Assembly: GCF_009914755.1 (NCBI RefSeq)
Contig: NC_060943.1
Reading direction: 5' to 3' (one strand)
DNA length: 64,000 bases
Origin: the human T2T-CHM13v2.0 reference genome, Homo sapiens
Part shown: positions 55,801 to 64,000 of the stretch, piece by piece
Layout of the letters: the number at the start of each line of letters is the position of its first letter
Numbering within the stretch: position 1 is the first letter of the stretch
Notes under the pieces: model-generated
What the model was told of the DNA's origin: nothing
What the model saw: only the letters and a program-made list of their open reading frames with translations
Database searches by the model: none
Position numbers and translations under genes: made by a program

Positions 55801-57276
55801 GTGACGGGGGGGGACAGGGGAATCCCAGCTGAGCCCAGAAGGGGGAGGCAAGGCACCCCCAATGAGGCTCTGGGAGGTTTGTTAATTTGGGGGAATGAGG
55901 TCCCAGGAGGTGGCTGGATTTGAGGAAGGGTTGCAGAGGAAGGGGCGTTCTTGGAAGCTGCATATTTAGGGAGACGAGAAGACGATTTGAGACTGGGGAA
56001 AGAGGGTCAACCGAAGAAGGAGGTCCCAGATTTGGGGCGGGGGGTGTGGCTGAAAAAAAGATTCCCAGTTTGTGGGAAAGGTTCCCTGATTTGAGGATTC
56101 TGGAGAGAAAGCGGCCGAAGGGGAGTTCCCCAATTTGGGAAGGGGGGGAATTGGTGGGAAATGTCCAGGATTTGTAGGGGGAGGTCCGAAGGGGAGGATC
56201 TTAATTTTAGGAGAGATTCCCATAAAGAGAGGTGAACTTGGCCGCAACCTGGCCGAACCCTCGCACCCACGGCGCGGGCACTCTAACCTGGGGGGCTCCC
56301 CTCAGGGCACGCCCCGCGCCCCCTTTAACCCAGTGCCGACGGCCCCGCCCCCGGTATGACGTCACCTCCCCTCCCCCCGCAGCCCCCGGGGGCTCCCGGG
56401 GCGTGCGGAACCCGCGGGGCTGGCGGTTCCAGGGGCGGCTTCCCCACTCTCGGGATCCCCACGGGGCCCCCAGCGCGGAAGGGAGACTGGGGTGCTGGGC
56501 GTGCGCGTCTGCCTGCCAGAGCCCCTGGGGCTGGGGGCTGAGGCTCGCCCCTGGGTGGGGAGGCTGGAAGGGGGCGCCGGGGCCGCAGAAGGGTGGGGCA
56601 ATGCCCGAGTGCCGGAGGGGCGACCTCCCATAAGGCAACGACAGGGCCCGGAGTGTTCCAGGGGAGACGGCGTAGACTAGGGGGTCTCCAGGGGAGGGAG
56701 ACCCGGAGAGGGAAGGCGGCGGGCGCAGCAGCCCTGGAGCCACCCCGCCTGGAGCCACCCGTCCCGGCTCCTCTCCGCTCCGGGGCGCCCGCATGCCCCC
56801 CATCCCCCGGCACAGCGCCCCCTGCCTCCAGGACCCGCCCGGGGACCCGGGCCGGGCGCCGCCGGGGCCGGCACCGGCTCCGCACACACGCGCGCCCCCC
56901 TCCGCGCCTCTGCCCCGCCCGCAGCCCGGGGTGGTGCAGCCGGCGGCGCTGGGCAGCTTCCAATGCCGCGCTCTGGGCGCTTCCAGCCCAGCCCCCTCCC
57001 ACGCCGCGGACGAAGCCCCCCCAGCACCCCCTGCCGAGCGCCCCCAGCGCGGCCCCGGCCCTGTCCCTCGGGGCATTGTCCGGGCGCAGCTACCGGGGCG
57101 CAGCGGCTGGGCGTGCAACTGGCTGCAGCCGAGCATCCTCCGAGCACAATGGCCGTGCAGGCTTCCCCGGCACAAAGCCGGCGCGCTGCCCACTCGGCTG
57201 CCTCCGAGACCCCCCTTGGAGCGCCTGCATTTTTTTTTCCTCTAATCCATGATTTTTTTTTTTTTTTTGGCTTTAC

Positions 57277-57338
57277 CTGGAGGCTGGCTGGGCTGGGCTC
57301 CCCCGGCTCTGCCCCGCTTCACATCGTGGCTGTTGCAT
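57277..57338 (-). other. uORF (first part; continues into exon 2 and ends at TGA 2787-2785), 25 aa MQQPRCEAGQSRGSPAQPASRRCPI
   Basis: ATG at 57338; 62 nt in exon 1 plus A CGT TGC CCC ATC TGA in exon 2. Confidence 0.6.
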
Positions 57339-57425
57339 GGGATCCGAGCGGAGCCCGAGCGCCAGCGGCTCGCGGCGTGCGCGCGCCGGCCGGGCTGCCG
57401 GGCGGGCGGCGCGAGGACACTCACT
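57277..57425 (-). other. PTPRS: PTPRS non-coding exon 1 (5'UTR); TSS approximate
   Basis: Donor CCAG|GTAAAG at 57277/57276 inside a CpG island, just downstream of a CRE/CCAAT/GC-box cluster. Sequence matches my recollection of the PTPRS mRNA leader (...CAGCCAGCCTCCAG|ACGTTGCCCC); 5' end not verifiable from sequence. Confidence 0.8.
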
Positions 57426-57931
57426 GCGGCTCGCGCTCCCCTAGCTCCCGCTCGCGCGCCCCCCCAGCCGGTGACGTCATCCCTTCCGCCAGCGCCGCCG
57501 CCGCCGCCGCCGGGTCGGGGGCAGGGCCGGCCCGTGCGCGTCACTGCGCAGCCGCGCGGCCGCCACGCCCCCCGGCCAATGGGACGGCGCAGCGCGGTCA
57601 CGTGGCTCCGGGGTGTTTAAAGGGCCGCGGGAGCACGTGGGGCGCGGGGCTTCGCGGGACACGTGGGCGGCTGGGGTGGTGGTGGTGGTGGCGGCTGCGG
57701 CGGCGGCGGGAAGGGCCCCTGGGGCTACTGTCCGTGCGGGAGCCCCAGCGTCCTGGGTGCAAAGGGCATGGCACTTTCTGTGCGCTGCCCTAAACTGTGC
57801 CACGGCTCCCCAGTACCCTTGGAATAAAATCCCGCCTCCTCTCTGCAGCTCGCCGTTTCACATTAGCGCCCACTACCCTGTCCCCTCCCCCCCACCATGT
57901 CAATGATCCAGAAAAACCAGCTGCTCCTTCT

Positions 57932-58560
<629 letters not shown>

Positions 58561-58922
58561 CTAGTTACACTACAGTGTGGCTCCAGAGATCCCTATTGTA
58601 GGTTGAACACATGAATGAATGGATGATGGAGCACTTCTTATAGAGTAAGCACTTTACACAGGTCTCACCTAATTACCATCCCCTGCTTCCCTGGAGTCAG
58701 GACGAGCCACAGTTGGAACCCAGCTAAAACACTGATTTGCTGTGTGAGGCCCTGAGCCTCACTTTCCCCATCTGTAGAATGGATTTGCCTCTGGATCTCA
58801 GCTCTCATCTGTAAAATGGGGCAAGGTAGCCCCTGCTCCTAAGGAGGGTGTGATGATGAATTGCTATAATGTGGCAGCCTGGCTGCCATTGGTGCCTGAA
58901 GATGGAATAATAAGAGAAAAGA

Positions 58923-59215
58923 GGCCGGGCCCGGTGACTCATGCCTGTAATCCCAGCACTTTGGGAAGCCAAGGTGGGCAGATCACTTGTCAGGAGTTCG
59001 AGACCAGGCTGGCCGACATGGCGAAACCCCATCTCTACTAAAAATACAAAAATTAGCCGAGCGTGGTGGCAGGTGCCTGTAGTCTCAGCTAGTTGGGAGG
59101 CTGAGGCAGGAGAAACTCTTGAACCCGGGAGGCGGAGGTTGCAGTGAACCAATATCACACCACTGCACACTCTAGCCTGGGCGACAGAGTGAGACTCTCA
59201 AAAATAAGGAAAAAA
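58923..59215 (+). mobile_element. Alu
   Basis: Alu consensus. Confidence 0.9.
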
Positions 59216-59964
59216 AACAGAGCGGAAGTAAATAAAAGGGGGATATTGACAAAGGTAAGGGGGTTGGAGGGCTCACAGCCACCAAGCAAGATTGCACATC
59301 AGTCCTTGTGTTTTGATCATGTCGAAAGCATTTATTTCCTCAAGGCACATATTTGGAGAAGGCCTGGTGCCCAACAGAGGAACTCAACTTTAGAATTGGT
59401 TTTTTTTTTCCTCCAAAATTGTTGATTCATTCATTCCAGGCCACAGATGCAGATAAACAAAAAGCATTAACCCGGGGAACAAAACGATAAGGCGGAAGTC
59501 ATAAACAGGAGAAAAGAGAGGAGATAATGAATAATTTAACAAGGAACCTAATTTAAGCTTGGAGTTTCCCAGCGGCCAGTGCAGCAGCCACGTTTGCAGA
59601 GCCTACTTTGTTTTTCTTCCTGGTGGGGTGACCCTGATCTGACCGTTTACAATCTGGCCTCAGTTTTCTCATCCAAGCAATGGGAACACGATCCCATCTT
59701 GAAGGATCAAATGGGGTGGTCTGTGCACAAATGCTTAGCGTGGTTTCTCACGCACAGTGGGTGCTGAAGCCTTGGAGAATTGGTGGAGACACAGTAAAAT
59801 GAGATGGCTGATCGTGGAGGGGCTGATCATGGCACGAACCCCAGCCCAGTGACCTGTTTGGGAGGTGACCTTAAACAAGTGGCCGCAACACTGTAAGCCT
59901 AGCTGTCCCCATCTAGAAAAGGGGGACAACCACTAGTACCTCTGAGGGATTTTGTGAGCAGTCA

Positions 59965-60980
<1,016 letters not shown>

Positions 60981-61454
60981 ATTCCTGGAGTCAACAGTGC
61001 TGGGAGGAGATAGGAAATATCTTATTTAGAGTAAAAGCTTAAGCTCTTCCCACAGCTCACCAAGCTCTGCATAACCTACCCCCTTCCCCGCCCTCTGTCA
61101 CCCTCGCTCACTCTGCTCCCGCCACTCGGGCCTCCTTGCTGTGCCTCCAACACACCAGGTAAGGTCCTGCCACAGAGCCTTTGCACTGTCTGTTCCCTCT
61201 GACCAGGATGCTGTTCCTCCTGCTTTTCTCAAGGCCAATTGTTCCTCCTTGCTCTTCGAGTCTCTGGGAGACCCTCCCAGACCATCTCACTGAGGTGACC
61301 ACATGATCATCTTTACTTCAGTATCAGATTATTTATCATGATTTGGAATGATTTTATATTTTGGCCGGTTTGTGTGTTTCCTGCGTGTCTCCCTACTCTA
61401 GCTGTGCCTCAGTTTGCCTGTCTGTAAATGGGGATAATAATAATCGTGGTCCCT

Positions 61455-62204
<750 letters not shown>

Positions 62205-62262
62205 CTAGCCAGAAACAAAAGATGATCCTACAAGTCGATACAACAGGAACAGAAAATTATAA

Positions 62263-62566
<304 letters not shown>

Positions 62567-63407
62567 AAGCCAAGAACAGAACATTCTAGTCTGATGCTGT
62601 TGCAGCCTCTGGACAGCTCCAGGAAATTGACACGTGTTACAAAGGTGTTAAAGACGCAATAGCACCAAGCTAAGCCTTCCTGCAGGCCAAGGCTTGAAGA
62701 GAACAAAGGAGAGAATGTTGTCCCCAGGGGCATGCCTCAACCCTCCAAGTTCCACACTGTGAAAAACACTCAGACTGGGAGGTAGGACATGGTGGGTTCT
62801 GGGTCTCTTTCCTGTCTGCTGATCGTGGTGAGCTGGCACGCACACTGAGGGTGTGAGTCATTGTTGGGTGAAAAGTTCAGTCAATGAACATTCGCTGCTT
62901 CTTCAGGAGCGTTGTGGGGGAGGGGGCTCTTCCCACTCTCCCACCCTCCTCTTCCTTTTCTGCCAGACCAACCTCTGCCTAGGAGCCTCCCAGAACCTGG
63001 TAATTAGCTCCATTGTGGTTTTGTTGAGATAACTCCAGGGGAACCATCAGCCGCCCATCACTGTGTACAAACAGGACCCTTCATACCAAGTTCAGGATTG
63101 TCTGCAAAGAACTCAGCCTTAAATTCCTGCCAGACAGGTCCAAAACATCTCCCCTAAACTTTCCCTGTGCCAGAGATTCCACTATCGTTGCACGTTACTT
63201 CGAATTAAATGTTGTTCTCCCTGCTCCTCTCTCTGTCTCTTTCTCCTCACAAATTCGCTTCAAACGCCAAAGGGAAGAGGAGCAGATAGGAACATCCTAT
63301 TTGCTGCACACCTGCTCTGTGCTGGGCTCCATGTGGGGTTCACTTGGGGGTCCCCTGATTTAGCTGATTTGGTAAGCGTTGGAGGATTTGGGGAGGCATG
63401 GGTTAGG

Positions 63408-64000
63408 AAAACACTCAACAACTAGGCACAGAATGAAGCTTTCTCAACCTAGTAAAAGGCATCTACAGTCAGTATCATACTTTATGGTGAAAGACTGGAT
63501 GTTTTCCCCCTAAGATTAGGAACAAGATGAGAATGCTCCCTCCCACCACTTCTATTCAACATTGTACTGAAGCCTATAACCAGGCAACTAGGTGAGAAAA
63601 TAACATAAAAGGCATTCATATTGGAAAGGAAGAAATTAAACTATCTCTATTTGCACATGACATCATTTTGCATGTAGAAAATCCTAAGGGATCCACTAAA
63701 GACCTATAAAACTAGTAAATGAATTCATCAAGGCGGCAAGATATGAAATCAATACACAAAAATCCATTGTATTTCCTATGCAGTGGCAATGAACAAACGA
63801 AATGAAATTAAGAAACCAATTCCATTTACAATTGATGAAAAAGAATAAAATACTTAGGAATATATTTCCAAAAGAAGTGCAAAGCTTATACTATAAAAAA
63901 TAACAAAAGGTTGAAAGATTAAATTAAAGAAGACTTAACTAAATGGAAAGACATCCCATGCTCATGGATTGGAAGAATAATATTGTTAAGATGTCTATAC
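63408..64000 (+). mobile_element. Decayed L1 (L1M-type) ORF2 reverse-transcriptase fragment, window-truncated
   Basis: Reads KEEIKLSLFAHDIILHVENPK (L1 RT LFADDMI.Y.ENPK motif with catalytic Asp lost) at ~63626-63690; stops and frameshifts elsewhere. Confidence 0.88.

Larger units (their letters stand above)
56240..57760. promoter_or_regulatory. PTPRS: CpG island / main PTPRS promoter
   Basis: Very high GC and CpG density. TGACGTCA at 57472-57479 and 56357-56364; GCCACGCCCC (SP/KLF) 57562-57571; CCAAT 57576-57580; CACGTG at 57599, 57634, 57660; (GCC)6 at 57494-57511. Confidence 0.9.

Noticed and set aside
57253-57268. A16 on the sense strand just after the exon-1 donor as a poly(A) site
   Set aside because: Genomic homopolymer with no upstream AATAAA; would cause oligo-dT internal priming artefacts
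57494-57511. (GCC)6 as a disease-type expansion
   Set aside because: Short, ordinary length for a CpG-island promoter
56207-57793. Long ORFs (328, 276, 225, 219 aa) over the promoter
   Set aside because: Overlapping on both strands, low-complexity G/A/P/R composition; expected from stop-codon scarcity in a CpG island
63408-64000. Functional reverse transcriptase
   Set aside because: Decayed L1 ORF2 with stops/frameshifts and FADD changed to FAHD

Overview
Human (primate) genomic DNA, GC-rich and very Alu-dense. It holds the 5' end of PTPRS (receptor-type tyrosine phosphatase sigma, chr19p13.3) on the minus strand. The first coding exon is 2616-2800, with the ATG at 2706 and the signal peptide MAPTWGPGMVSVVGPMGLLVVLLVGGCAAE. 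A ~54.5 kb intron 1 leads to a non-coding exon 1 (~57277-57425) inside a CpG-island promoter with CRE, CCAAT, GC-box and E-box motifs. A second CpG island (~9200-10850) has a strong splice donor and looks like an alternative promoter/first exon. The rest is Alu, MIR, L2, L1, MLT1 and hAT MER remnants. Almost all ORFs in the supplied track are Alu- or GC-derived noise. The most notable observations are: (i) exon 1 carries an exon-spanning 25-codon uORF plus a nested ATG-TGA start-stop, while the alternative first exon has no uATG; (ii) a 7x65-bp MIR-core tandem array with a 130-bp A/B higher-order structure; (iii) a dispersed set of L2-derived copies far more similar to each other (~88%) than ancient L2s should be, most carrying an AP-1 site at the same position; (iv) a single Alu internally expanded into a tandem array, and a locally inverted Alu duplication. 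No novel protein-coding system could be supported. Repeat coordinates are approximate and subfamily names come from recalled consensus sequences.
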